Origin: Antechinus flavipes
Lineage: Eukaryota
Length of the DNA: 64,000 nucleotides
Direction of reading: 5' to 3'
Assembly: GCF_016432865.1 (NCBI RefSeq)
Contig: NC_067401.1
Span: 152,272,001-152,336,000 of the forward strand
Shown here: positions 50,661-63,754 of the stretch, one piece after another
Numbering within the stretch: position 1 is the first letter of the stretch
Layout: every line of letters begins with the position of its first letter
The notes under the pieces: generated by a model
Database searches by the model: none
What the model saw: only the letters and a program-made list of their open reading frames with translations
Told to the model about the DNA's origin: nothing
Program-made: the position numbers and the translations under genes

Positions 50661-51812
50661 GTAAGTGACCCAAAGGACCTTTCCCTAATAATTTCTGCCA
50701 CTTGCCCCAGGAATAAGGACAAGAACTAGTTAGAGAAGATAGGAGTTGGATTTAGGGCAAGATAGGTCAAGATCTGGGAGTAATTACAGTTGTTGTCTAT
50801 TTGAAAATACTATTTCTCTGTACTCCTAAAGGTGCCCTGGAGTGCAGCTTTTGAGAGTGGTGCATTATAAATCATTTGTCTCTGGCTGTGGGTTGAAGTC
50901 TCCCATCCCCCACATTACTACCACCACAGTAGGCCACATTGAGAATCTGGACTAGAAAGACTTTATTATTCAGCTAGGGAAGCCTCTTTCCCTAATAAAA
51001 CTGAGGTGAGTGCTTAGGAAAACATGGACCTGCCAGTCCATACACTTTGGGCTGAGGGGAACTTCCTTTCCAATTGATTCCAGTTTGTTCACCTTCACTT
51101 TTTCTCTCAAACCATTTTGTGGGGCCAAGTATATTTTGCCATCATAAACCACCAATTAAAAGCCCTTTGGAGGAGGGAAAGGGTGGAGATGAGGGAGTCA
51201 GTAAGCAAACAGGAGGAGGAGGAGGAAGAGATTAGAATGAAGGAAAGGCATGAAGTCCTATCAAAGAAAAATAAATTTTGCAGAAGGGAAGCAAGAGGTC
51301 CCCTCCCCCTTTATGGGTAAATCATCATGTTTTATGGTTGTGATGCAAGTAAAAGGCAGGAGATCAGACTGTCTTTAATGGCTAGGGTCATTTATCTTAT
51401 TTATGTTTGTCTGAAGCTTAACATATTCCATCAAAGAGCAGCTTGGATATGGGGACCTCTGTAGGCTTTTTTGTATGTTTTTGTTAACATCATCATGATC
51501 ATTTTCAAGATGTGTTCTGGAACTTTATTCTTGAAAAGATTTTGAGTAGAGAAAATTCTAGTTAGAACTTTCAAGAGCTCTGAATTCTATTCTTTGCTTT
51601 GAACAAGTTATTTTAATTCATTAAGCATTTATTAAGCCCTTTGTGATGTGCAAGGTTATCAAAGATATGAGCACAGAACTTCATAGAGCATGGTCCAAGT
51701 GTGTCAACATACCAGGCACACTCATGAGTACAAGATGTAAAAGAGCTCAGTTCTGGTTCTTAAGAAACTTGTAGACTGAATTCTTCTATAACTTTTTTCA
51801 TGAGTTTATACA

Positions 51813-51948
51813 GGGGTAGTTCCTTAGCATTGTGGATAAAGTACCAGTCCTGGAATTAGGAAGACCTGAGTTCAAATCCAGCCCCAGATACTATTTGTAT
51901 GTCCCTGGGCACTTAACCCTATTGCCTCAAAAAAAAAAAAAAAAAAAA
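51813..51948 (+). mobile_element. Short tRNA-derived marsupial SINE (WSINE/SINE-1-like) with poly-A
   Basis: ggggtag...gtggataaagtaccagtcctggaattaggaagacctgagttcaaatcc...ttgcctc(A)20. Confidence 0.8.
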
Positions 51949-53339
51949 GCTCATATACCATTGTTCATATGATACCTTTTTCTTATTTTTATCCCCAGCT
52001 CCAGTTTCCAGAAATGAATTCCCTGTCTCATTCCTTAAAAATATTTTGAATCTACTTTTATATTATATATGCTTGTTTCCCCTATCAGAATGAAAAATCC
52101 TTGAGCAGAACTATTTCATATTTGTCTTTGTATTCCCATCATGGAAGCTCCTTGAAGGCAGGTGCCATCTTTGTTATTGTTGTGTGTAGTTTTCTTATTG
52201 TTGTTGTTGTTTTATATTTGTATCCCTAGCGCTTAGTACAGTGTAAGTGCTTAATAAAGGCTTATTGCCTACCTGCCATTTTATTTGTAAATAGTGTCCA
52301 GCTCATTTGTTGCTGTCTAGTTGTTTCAGTCATATCTTCTGGAATGGATTTCCTTCTCTAGTTCATTTTACAGATGAGGAAACTGAGGTAAACAGGGTTA
52401 AATGACACAGGGTCACACAATTAATAATTTTCTGAGAGCAAATTTGAGCTCAGAAAGTCTTCTTGACTCCAGGCCCAAGACCTAATTGCCTCAATTTAGG
52501 ATATTAAGTTTCTGACAAATAAAAGACCAGGAGTCAGAATTTCTCTGTAAAGTGCTGAATATGAAAGAAGGAAGATAGGAAGTATGGTTGGGTAGTGTAG
52601 AAAAAGTTGTAGAGTCAGAAGATTTTGTTTTGGTATTAGTTTATATGATTTTAGGCAAGTCATTTAATTCCTCATTTAAAAAAAGGTAGAATTAGATTTG
52701 TTATTCTTTAGTTGTTTCAGTCATGTTCAACTCTCTGTGATCCCATTTAGGGTTTCCTTGGCATAGATACCAGAATGGTTTATAATTTACTTCTCTAGCT
52801 TAGTTGACAGATGAGGAAATTGAGGCAAATAGGGCCAAATGACTTGATCAGGATAACACAGCTAGGAAATTTGGGATTTGGCTAGATCAATTTTAAAGTT
52901 CCTTCCAGTTCTAGGTCCTATGACTGTGTACTCATGGGAGCAGAATGTCTTTCTTCTGTGGGTTTATGGTACTCCATTTATGAAATTCACTCAGAATATG
53001 GTGTTTTTGAAGGGAGAGCATTGATTCTTTGACATTAACTTGTGCAATTCACTTTAATCTCTTTGGCCCTCAATTTTTCTTATTTGAAAAATGAGGCTGA
53101 AGTAGATGCTTTTCAAAGTTTCTTCCAGCTCTGATATTTTATCATTTTAGAATATCTTCTCACTTTTTCTCTCCTTCCCTCTTTGATCTTTTGCCACATA
53201 GAATGTGGAGTGGAGCTGGCAGAGGATAGTTGTCTTAAAAACTTTTTTTTTTTTTGGTCAAATGGACTGCAATTGTTTAAACAAATTAACCTACTCAGCC
53301 CCTGGCTTTTATTCTCCTTTTTCTGAGAAGGTGACTTTT

Positions 53340-53735
53340 CTTCGGTTCCTTGATCTGAGCGCGATGGAGTGAGAAGGGTGGAGCTCCACAGTTGTGGTTG
53401 AAGGCTGAGGTTTTTATATGTTTCACCGGAGAGAAGAGAATTCATGGTTCACTTCTAATGATAGGGCCCTTGCAGGTAGGAGCATGCTCGAGCCCTCCAG
53501 CCTGCAGACGTGTGGTTAGCCAAACGATGTTCCTGGAATTCCCAAACCGGATATGAAATTGCTAGCAGGATATAGAGAATGAAGAACAGAAGTGCCCAAA
53601 GTGCTTTACATAATGAAAAGCTCTCTCCTTTCTGGTTGTCTGATTGGGCCTGGAATTGCTCTAGAGTCTAACAGCCAGTCTGAAGGCTGTAGCATTAGCA
53701 AAATATTGTATATGTCTTGAAGTGGGGCCTGCCGC
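53340..53735. promoter_or_regulatory. CpG-enriched regulatory-like element
   Basis: about 9 CpGs in about 400 bp of non-repeat DNA; CAG|GTAGGA at 53475/53476. Confidence 0.4.
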
Positions 53736-55244
53736 TTTTTCTCACTTTGGTTTATTTACATCCAGTGTCTAAGGCTTCCATCTGTGAGTGTGTTGTGCTA
53801 TAAGGCATTCTAGACTAGAAGTGGCAATAGTGCTTTTGGCTTAAATGGAAAAAACCAAAATTAACAAAAAATCAATTGAACAACCAAATGGTGGGTAAAA
53901 AAGAACTTAATCCAGACTGGTTGTATCTATTTGCTAATGGTTGGGTTTGAGGGGAAATCCATATTTGGGGTGGTGGGAGTCAAAGAGGAAGATAGTGATA
54001 CTGAAGGTATGTCTGAGAATTCATTTGGACAGTCTTCCTGTATTAGGGGGAAAAGGGGAGAAGCAAGTCCTTGGGCAGCACTGGGATATAAGAACCAAAA
54101 AAGTAACCTGCTAAAAAACAATAACAACAACAACAAAATAAAACAAAAAGAAAAGAGTTCTGGTTTATATATGTAAAAGGATCCCAAACTCCCTCTACTT
54201 ACACAGCCAACTCAGACTATGTTACCTCTGCCCATACATGACTTATTTCCCCTTTCCCCCCTTTCCACCTGCTTTTTATTCCTCTTTATTTTTTGACAGT
54301 ATTTTTTTTAAAAGAATTAACAAGTTTTTGTTTTCTCTTTTTTCTACTCCTCTTTCCATTAAAAAAGAAAAAAGAAAAGCAGTCAAGAAAAGCTAATTCC
54401 TCTTTTTATGTGCTTATTTTTGTCTTTTTTTTAAAATTAAAACTTTTTATTTTCAAAACATATGTATGGATAATTTTTCAACATTAACCCTTGCAAATCT
54501 TTATGTTCTAAATTTCCTTCCCCTTGCTTCCCCTCCTCCCCTAGATGGCAAGTAATCCAATATGTCAAACATGTTAAAAATGTATATTAAATCCAATATA
54601 TGTAAACATATTTATATAACTAGTTCCTTTTTTTTTTTTTTTGGCCCTTAAAAAACATATATGTCTCATTCTATATCCTGAGTCTCTCACCAACCTATCA
54701 AATAGGGTGGGGGAGTAGCATGCTTTCTCATTGATCCTTTGGAGTTATGATTGTTTGTATCGGGTGCTTAAGCCTTTTAAAGTTATTTGTCTTTACAATT
54801 TTGTTGTTCTAGCTTTGAAAGCAGCGTGTTGAACTCTGATTCACAATAACGAGTTCCAAAGAATTTGTGATGAAACATGTTATTCAACTCCAGATAGAAA
54901 GCTGGACTTAGAATGCAGATTGAAGCATATTTTCTTTTTTTTTTTTCTAGGAACATGGCTGATATAGAGGTTTATTTGACATCTCGATACATTTGTAATG
55001 AGTTTTATTTTTATCTTTGCAAAGAGTGAGGGAGAAGGTTGAGAGGAAATTTGAAAATGAAAATAAAATTGACTTAAAATTTTTTTTTGTTGTTATATAA
55101 AATGTTTTCTCCTGATTATGTTCACTTTATCCTATATCGGTTTAAACATTCCTTCCCAAATATCTCAGGTGCCTCATCTGCTTTTTGATGCCTTAAAGAG
55201 GCACATATTCCTGTTTTTCAGTCTCTTTTGTCTTTTCTTCTCCA

Positions 55245-55489
55245 TTCCTTCTCCCTGTCTTTCTCTCCTCCTTCTTTCTTTCTCTCTTACCTTCTTTCTC
55301 TCCCTCTCTCACTCTTCTTCTCCTTCTCTCTCCATCTGTCTCTCTTTCCCCTCTCCTTTCTTCCTCTCTTCTCTCTCTCTCTCCCTCCCCTCTCTCTGTC
55401 TTTCCCCTCTCCCTTTCCTTCTTTCCCTCTTCCCCAGTCTCTCCTTCCCTCCATCCCTCCCTTTCTTCTTTTACCTCTTTCTCCCTCAT

Positions 55490-55571
<82 letters not shown>

Positions 55572-55574
55572 TCT
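55245..55574. repeat. CT-rich tract with (TC)n at 55494-55574
   Basis: polypyrimidine mirror repeat. Confidence 0.97.
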
Positions 55575-56004
55575 AATTCCTATTGTGATCATTCCACTTC
55601 TAGACCTTATCTTCCCTTAAGCTCTGGCATTCACAGTTCTCTGTAATTTTATTTAGGCTTATCTCATGTTTTTCTTCTTCATAGAATCTATATTCCACTC
55701 TAGTTAGACTATTTCTTCTCTTTTTGTCTTACCACTTTTTTTATTCCATCTTCTGTGTTTGAAATAGACTTATTCGATAAACTCTATTGAAATCTCTTCC
55801 TTTTTTAAAGTTCAAGTAGAGACGTCATTTCCTTCAGAAAATCTTTCTTCCTTGTCCCTCCACTTTCTCTAGCTTTTCATAGCCCTTTGCCTAGACCCTC
55901 TGTTTGTACTGATTTCTCACCTTGGCTTAGATCATATTTATGTGCTTCTTCTGTCCTTCCAGTAAGCAATTTGAGATGAAGCCCTGTGTTGAACTTAATA
56001 TATG

Positions 56005-56345
56005 CTGTTGTTCAGTCATTGATTTGTATCCAACTCTTTGTGACTCCATTTTTTATGAGGTTTTTTTGGCCAAAGATACAGTAGTGATTTGCCATTTCCT
56101 TTCCTAGCTCATTTTATAGATGAGGAACTGAGGCAACTTTTTGTGACCCTCATTTGGGGTTTTCTTGGAAGAGATGCTGGAGTAATTTGACATTTCATTC
56201 TCCATTGTACATTTGAGGAAACTGAGGCAAACAGGGTTAAGTGACTTGCCCAGGTTCACACAGCTAGTAAGTGTCTGAGGCCAGATTTGAACTTAGGAAG
56301 AACAGATCCCATTTTATGCACTATGGACCGCCTAGCTGCTCCCTG
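56005..56345 (-). mobile_element. MAR1-type SINE with duplicated tail segment
   Basis: ttgtgac..cattt...gatgaggaa block occurs twice. Confidence 0.75.
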
Positions 56346-57412
56346 TATATATACATATATGGGTGTGTGTGTGTATAAAAATATATCATATATATATATA
56401 GTACATATATATGCACACAGAAACATGCATACCTACACATATAAAATTTGACTGCTGGTATTATTAATGCCATTTTATACCTGAAGAAACTGAAGTTTAA
56501 AGAAATGAAAGCATTTAGCTGTGATCACATAGCTAGTTGCTGTTGAAATGCAGAATCTGAACATAGGCCTTAGACCTTGACATCCAGAGTTCTTTCTATT
56601 GTGTCAAAGGCTCTGGGGGAAAACGACCACAACAATAAAGCAAAATAAAGGACAAATTTGTGGAGTGCTATCCTCCCTTGACCTTCTTTTAAGTCTTCCT
56701 CTATTCCTGCTGCTTTCTGTTTATTTTTAGGACTGAGGTACAATGGTGTTTTTTTTCACTTTACATTCCCGAGTGATAATATTTTTTAAAAAAAGAAATC
56801 AATGTCATAGCTCATTTAAATAGGTTCTCTAATATTTTAAAATATTTGATTATAATCTGTAATTGCAGAGACACCAGAGATACAAAAACATAAATCTAAA
56901 ATATTAGGATGCTACAGTAGATTTAATAATAAAATTTTAATAATCAAACACTTTAAAAATATCTGTAGACTGCTTTTCAGGTTGTGACTTTAAATTTAGT
57001 AGAAGAATATTTGCAAAATAAAGAAAAGATAGGAGCCTTCAAGCAAAGAGAAGATTCTACAAAATTAAATTATAAGTTCCTTTGAATATACAGACCTCAT
57101 GAATAATCATACTATTAGGGAGGAGAGAAAAAAGTAGGAATTTGTCTAAATAAATCAGTCCTCACACCTCCTTTTCCCTCACTTCTTTCTATTTTTTCTT
57201 TTTCCTCCCACTAGGGAAGGAACAGGGAGGTGGATAGGAAAGGTCATAAGATCACACATCTAGAGTGGGAAGGGCTGAATGACTCAATGGCCATCCAGGC
57301 CAATTTCCTCATTTGTAAAATGAGGAATTTGAATTCCAGACAAGATAAACAATTTATCCAAAGTCACAGTTAACACCAGAAATGGGATTTGTACCTACAT
57401 CCTGTGATTCAG

Positions 57413-58192
57413 TAATCTCAGATATGCAGATAATACCATTCGGTTGGGAGAAAGTGAAGAGGAATTAAGAAATCTCTTGATGAGGGTGAAAGAATATAAA
57501 AGCTGGCTTGAAGCTTAATATTAAGGGGAAAAAAAAATCAAAATCATGGCAACTGGTCCCATTACTTCCTGGCAAGTAGAGGGAGAAGAAATGGAAATAG
57601 TGCCAGATTTTATATTCTTGGGCTCAAAGATCACTGCAGATGGTGACTGCAGCTGTGTAATTAAAAGATGCTTGCTCTTCAGAAGGAAAGCAATGGCAAA
57701 TCTAGAGAGGTGTGCTAAAAAGCATCACTACTGATAAAGGTCCATATAATCAAAGCTATGGTTTTTCTAGGAGCAATGTAGGATTGTGAAAATTATAGCA
57801 TTAAAAAAAAAAAAAAACGAGGGCTGCAGAATTGATGCTTTCCAATTGTGGTACTGGAGAAGAATTTCAAGAATCCCGTAGACAATAAGGAGATCAAATT
57901 ATTCGGTATTTAAATACATTAATTCAGACTATTCACTGGAATGTTATATACTGAAGCTGAAGGTCAATACTTTGACCACATAATGAGAATGGGACTCTGG
58001 AAAAGACCTGGATGTTGGGAAGGATTGAAGGCAACAGAACAAGGAGATGGCCAAGGATGAGATGATTAGAGATAATCATGAAAACCACAAACATGAACTT
58101 GGACAGACTTTGACACATCGTGGAGAATAGAAGGACCTGGGTATGTTATGGTCCATGGGATCACAAAGAGTTGGACATGACTGAAAGACCTG
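57413..58192 (+). mobile_element. BovB-type RTE LINE, 3' 0.8 kb
   Basis: LRYADNT (RT YADD decayed) at about 57418; MATGPITSWQVEGEEMEIVPDFIFLGSKITADGDCS...; tail ccatgggatcacaaagagttggacatgactgaa. Confidence 0.88.
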
Positions 58193-60013
58193 GAAAGCTG
58201 AATTGTATAACCTGGATTAGGAAACAGTGGGCTAAAGAAAATGAAATTTTTCAGCTCAGCCTTCAATATTGTAGTGTTTAGTTAAATATTTAACAATATA
58301 CATTAATGGGCCTGGGAGCAGAAAAATAATTGAAATAGTGAAGAAAGCCAATACTTAGATCATTCTAAAGCAATATGATGACCTGAATTTGGTAGAAAGA
58401 GAAAGAAAGCTTTACAGCCAGGCTTTTTGATAATCTGTTGAATCCCATGGCCCTCTTTCTCAAAAAGTGGGCTTTTAGAAAGTATAAAATAATTTTAAAA
58501 AGTGGCATTACAGAGGAAAACAATTGAAATAAAGTTGAAATGAATTTATCAAAAATATTAACAACAATGATAATTTTGCAGGTTCTAGTCTATTTCTGTT
58601 AATAGAGTTAGTGCCACTTGAAACAAAATAAGATTCCAGAAAAGTGGGCATAGTAAGGACTAAATACTGGCAGGGCTTAGAATAGGGATCAGAAGGGAGT
58701 CTGAGTAGTTAAATGAAGTCAAAAGTCCTTGGGATGGCTCCAGCAGAGAGGTTCATGTGTTCATCATCCCAAAACCTAGAACTGATGACCATAGGCATTG
58801 TCTTTCATGTTACTAGAGCACTCAGTCTTTGCTCCTAAGAGAGCAGCCCACTTCAGGTTCAACATTTCAGTTTTAGAGAGCTCTCTTTAGAGAGAAACAA
58901 TGGCTTGTTTCTAGGATTGACTCCTGGCTTCTTGGATTGGGATAGAATCTGGAAGGAGCAAGCTTCCATAGAAGGCACCTGGACTCTGAGTTTTCTTGGT
59001 TCTCTTGCATTTGGAGGAGGGAGGGCTGTTTAGGGGCATCCCAATTCTGAGTCCCAACATTATTTGCAAGGTTTAAGTAGATTGATGGCATTAGAAGTTT
59101 TGAATTTTTGTATTTATATATGTAGGAAAACAGTTCTTTATAAACTATATTTCCATATCAAATGATTTCCAGAGACCATTTATTCATTACCCTCATTCCA
59201 TAAATCATATTCCTCTAGTCTTTTCAAAACTTTTAAAAAATCATTGCCTTCAGGAAGCCTCCTTGGATTAAAAAATTTGGATCACTTTGTACACCATGTA
59301 TACCACATAAATTTTCATTTGAAATGTATGAAAGCTGCTATCAGGTAATAGGTTTAGAAATATAACACCAACTTCCTTGAAGGGGATTAGTTCTTTTATT
59401 GGCAATATCTCTATAATTCTGATAGCTGTAACAAAGTAAATGAATGGTGGCATCTGCAAGTGTATATACACATCCAGAGGACAAATTTTGCTTAAGCACA
59501 GAGAACTGAGCAGGACTGTCACAAAGGACCCCAGTCATTTATGCTGGTAAAAACAGAAGGTTTATAGTTGGGAAGGACATTGGTGACAATCTAGTGTAAA
59601 CGTATCAAATCAGTTCAACAAATGCTGATTAAATATTTTTGATGTACACGGTGTGATGTTCCCTTTTAAAAATAAAAAGAGGCAATAAAATCTTTGCCCT
59701 CAAAGAACTTACATTCTATTGGAAACAAAGCACTCTAACATTCATCTAATGCTTTTAAGAGTTCTGAAATTCTTCACTCATTTTAGAGGAGGAAATCATG
59801 GTTCAGAATGTTTAAGTGAGGTTTAAGTTACAAAAATAGGATTAGAGTAAATATGGAACCTCAGAATTGGAGGGAACCTCAAAGTTTATCCAATCTAGTT
59901 ACTTCTTGGGGCAATTAGGTGGATTGATGATGCAGTAGGTAGAGTACTAGACCTGGGAGTCAAGATGACCTGGTTTTAAATCCAGCTTCAGAAACCTATT
60001 ATACTATACTACC

Positions 60014-60122
60014 TTTTCCTTCTTTCCTTCCTTCCTTCCTTCCTTTCTTCCTTCCTTCCTTCTTTCCTTCCTCCCTCCCTCCGCTTCCTTTCTCCCCTTC
60101 CTCCCTCCCCTTCCTTCCTTCC
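60014..60122. repeat. (TTCC)n-rich tract
   Basis: imperfect TTCC/TCCC repeats. Confidence 0.92.
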
Positions 60123-60199
60123 ATTTATTGAGCATCTGTAATGTGTAATGTACCTTTTTAGATACTCATGGTATAAATGTAAAAGGGAAAAAATAAATC

Positions 60200-60960
60200 C
60201 CTGATATTGATTCCATTCTTTTCACATCCTACTCTTAATACTAAAGATTTCATTTAATCAATAGCCAATATCAATAGAGGGATGTGACTTTGTCATATTT
60301 TTTTCTGTTATTCTTCTCAAGATTTTGTATTGCTCTTCCATCCCCAACAGTCGTATCCTATAAAAAAGATGTATAGTCAAATGAAAAAAATCCTCAATAT
60401 ATTAGCCATGTCTGAAGATGTGTGCCTTATTCCCCACTATAGTCTACCACTTTTTTGCTGAGAAATGAAATTGATCTTTCTAAATTAGAACTCTAAAACT
60501 AAGTCAGTCCTTGCATTGATCAAAAGTTCAGATGCCTTTCAGTATTGTTTTCCTTACTTTACATTATGTAGCTCATTTCCCTGGTTTTACTTTGTATCAA
60601 TAATACAAGTCTTCTCAGGTTTCTCTGAATTTTTTCTTCTTTGGTTTTGCCATATTCTCATTCATTCTTTCATTTGTTTGATCATTCAGCAATTGATGGG
60701 GGTCCACTTTGTATCCAGTTTTTTGTTTTTGTTTTTGTTTTTCTTGTTTTTTTGCTACCACAAAAAGACTGTCATGAATATTTTGGTATATGTGAAACTA
60801 TTTCCTCTGTCTTCAGTCTCTTTGTTGGACATTCCTCGTAGTTAGATTGCAGAATACGTACAGTATAGTATTTTTTCCAGTATTATTTTATATACTTTTC
60901 CAGAATAATTATACAATTTGTATCTTGTGATTAATCCCCCCAACTTCCCACATGTTTACA
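60200..60960 (-). mobile_element. Old L1 3' end
   Basis: taatacaagtcttctcagg...aattgatgggggtccactttg...atgaatattttggta. Confidence 0.55.
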
Positions 60961-61287
60961 AGGGTTTTGAAGAGAGATGTGGCCAAATTTCACCAAAAAA
61001 AATGGCCAAAAAGATGTAGCAAGAATCAAAAGTCAGGCATCTGGATGGTATGCAAAAGGGGCTCTTCTACCTAAATAATTAAGGTTGATCCATGTTTCTA
61101 AGTAACATCTCTTTGATTAATTGTCTGAGTTTCACCTGAAAATGAAAATGGACTTCACTTTCACCCAATTGTGGGCAAATGCATAAGGAATTCTGTATTG
61201 ACCAAGTAGACAGCAACATGGCTTTTGGGCAGAGGCTGTCTTTCAGTCACAGCTCAGCTGTGTTTCAGTTTATTTTATCCCGTGCAG

Positions 61288-61367
61288 GATACGGAACAAT
61301 GGTCACATTTCTTATTTCTTGGCTGCTGCTTTCTGGCACGCTTGACGGGATTAAGGGCTGAATGCAG
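61288..61367 (+). other. Candidate 80-nt exon in a CpG-retaining island
   Basis: tttattttatcccgtgcAG acceptor and CAG|GTGGGT donor; about 7 CpGs within 61280-61490. Confidence 0.35.
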
Positions 61368-61785
61368 GTGGGTTTCCTTCCCCTCCCCTCCCTGTCACCT
61401 GGACATTGCCATGGCGATAATCCTCCCTGAAACAAAAATAAAGAGGAGAACCGGTTGGACAGAAAGTGTGGCTGAGAAATCTTCGAAGGAGGTAGAGAGG
61501 TGAGGGAATGAGACAGAGAAGCACTGAAGGGAGGGCCTTGGAGAGAGAGAAATGACCAAGGTGAGGGGTGAGTTGTAGGGTGGGCACTTCCATAATTTTG
61601 AAATCTGAACAGATGAAATTTTAGGAAAGAGCATTAGTTTTTAACAATTACCTCTTTATTCATGGATTGGATAGGTTCTTGGTTTGGGTTTTTGTTTTTG
61701 TCTTTGGCAGGCAAAAATCCTGTTTAGTTCTTCTCTGCTTTGGATCCATAGTCCATATGCATAAAGGATAGAATGATTTTTATGG

Positions 61786-62136
61786 GTTAGTGAACTTCCT
61801 GAATTAGGAATTCCTTAATTTGCATCTTCTGTGCAATTTATAGTTTTAGACAATTACTTAGAGCATTGAAAGATTAAATCACATGTCCAGGGTCATACAG
61901 CCAGTAAATTTCAGAGATAGGACCTACATCCACATGTTCTTGGAGCTGAAGTCAAGTCTCAGTTTCTCCATCTGTAGAAATGAGCTGGTGGTTCACTAAG
62001 TGGAGTAGGGATTATAATCTATATGGGCTGTGGAATACCTTTTGAGTTATCAGCTTCTAAAGAACCTCTGACAATTTGAAAAGAAGATTTCACTGGATCA
62101 GCAGGCAAAAATCTAGATCAGAGTTTAGCAGGGCAA
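61786..62136 (+). repeat. Local direct repeat, copy 1
   Basis: matches 63427-63754 at roughly 90% by eye. Confidence 0.95.
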
Positions 62137-63426
62137 AATCAACAGACTGGGATCAGACTGGGGAGGAGGATGTAGTTAATGTAATTCTAAATTCAAAGTT
62201 AGAATCATAATGGAGACAGTTAGAAATGGCTTTCCATGGCCACTGATGAGATTTAGATGAGAAACAAGCTAAGACATTTTAAATCTACTGAATAATTCTA
62301 AGGAGATTGAGAAAACCTGAAGATAAATCACTGAGTTTTGATTGGGAACTCATCTCATCAGTGGGCAGCTTGTGGGCATCTGGGATGCATTACTGAGGAA
62401 CATTTTGGAATCTGCTCCTAGAGATGTTTAAGAAAAACTCAGACAAACTGTCTCTCTGGAATTGTTTTGTGTGCAGGCTGCCTAGAGGGAGGGGCATGGC
62501 TTAGTTGACCTCCCAAATCCTTTTCTAGTCCCAGAATTCTCTAGACTCTTAAGTCGTCTGAAAGCATATCTTCATTGGGCAGATGCAGATATTAGTAGGA
62601 AACTGAAATCTGATGACAAAGAAGTTATTTTCATCAGAATAGCAAATCTTCCCCCCTCCTTTTTGTCTTAAGTAACCACCATACCATCTATCTGATCACA
62701 GCTGCTCATTACCAGCTGCATTCTATGGGCTTTATATATGTATCCTTCGACACACTGTGGAGATCATGAAAATACCCACACATTCATTCAATTCTTGATT
62801 ATCCATGTATGCATTATCTACTCTGTGATTTTATCTACAGGTACCATTTTTTAATCACAGACTGCTATTCCTTCAGATCCTTATTGTCTTACCACTTCTC
62901 AGGAAATATATTTGTTTTTATATCTGTTAAGCAAAGGATATTCAGGAACCCTGACTAACTTTGGGTCCATTTTTGGGAGTTTGCTCTGGCTTTCCTTCCA
63001 TGATTCTTCTCCCTGACTCCTCCAGCTTCTGGCCCATTTTAGAGTTCGGGATGGCTTTTGGCCATCTTTTTGTACAGTTCTGGAATGAATGGAAAAGCTT
63101 ACTTGCATTTCTTTTCATTTTTATAATTTGTATTTCTGGAGTTCTTTTCAGATATTTGTTGGGGTTTATGTGGAAAATCTGGGTTTCTTTCCCTCTGATC
63201 TTTCTCATTGCTCTCCTAACTGGAAGTTGATAGCTATATATTTTTTTAAAAATCAGATTTATATTAATAAAATTAAAGCATTAAAGATCTAAGGATGGAA
63301 GGGGTCTCGATTCTCTGCTAATCCCCCTCCTTCATTTTTATAAATGAGGAAACAGATTCAAGTGGTCAAGTGAGTTGTCCAAGATTATATGGAACTAAAT
63401 ATCAAAGTTGGAATTTGAACTCACCA

Positions 63427-63754
63427 GTTAGTGAACTTCCTGAATTAGAAATTCCCTTTAGTTTTAGACAATTACTTAGAGCATTGAAAGATTAAATCAC
63501 ATGTCCAGGGTCATACAGCCAGTAAATTTCAGAAGTAGGACCTAAATCCATATCTTCTTGGAGCTGAAGTCAACTTTCAGTTTCTCCATCTATAGAAATG
63601 AGCTGATGGTTTACTGAGTGGGGTAGGAATTATAATCTATATGGGCTGTGGAATACCTTTTGAGTTATCAGCTTCTAAAGAACCTCTGACAATTTGAAAA
63701 GAAGATTTCACTGGGTCAACAGGCAAAAATCTAGATCAGAATTTACCAGGGCAA
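63427..63754 (+). repeat. Local direct repeat, copy 2
   Basis: matches 61786-62136; lacks about 23 bp near the 5' end. Confidence 0.95.

Noticed and set aside
55118-55620. Long ORFs on both strands (up to 152 aa)
   Set aside because: Produced by the CT/GA microsatellite (LSLSLS, ERERER); no coding signal
62963-63082. Possible 120-nt minus-strand exon (NCTKRWPK...KNGPK)
   Set aside because: Weak donor (GTTAGT), no recognisable protein, and a conflicting donor only 23 nt upstream of the acceptor
61786-63754. Direct repeats as LTRs of a retroelement
   Set aside because: No TG...CA ends, PBS, PPT or TSD; repeats contain MIR fragments; interior has no pol similarity
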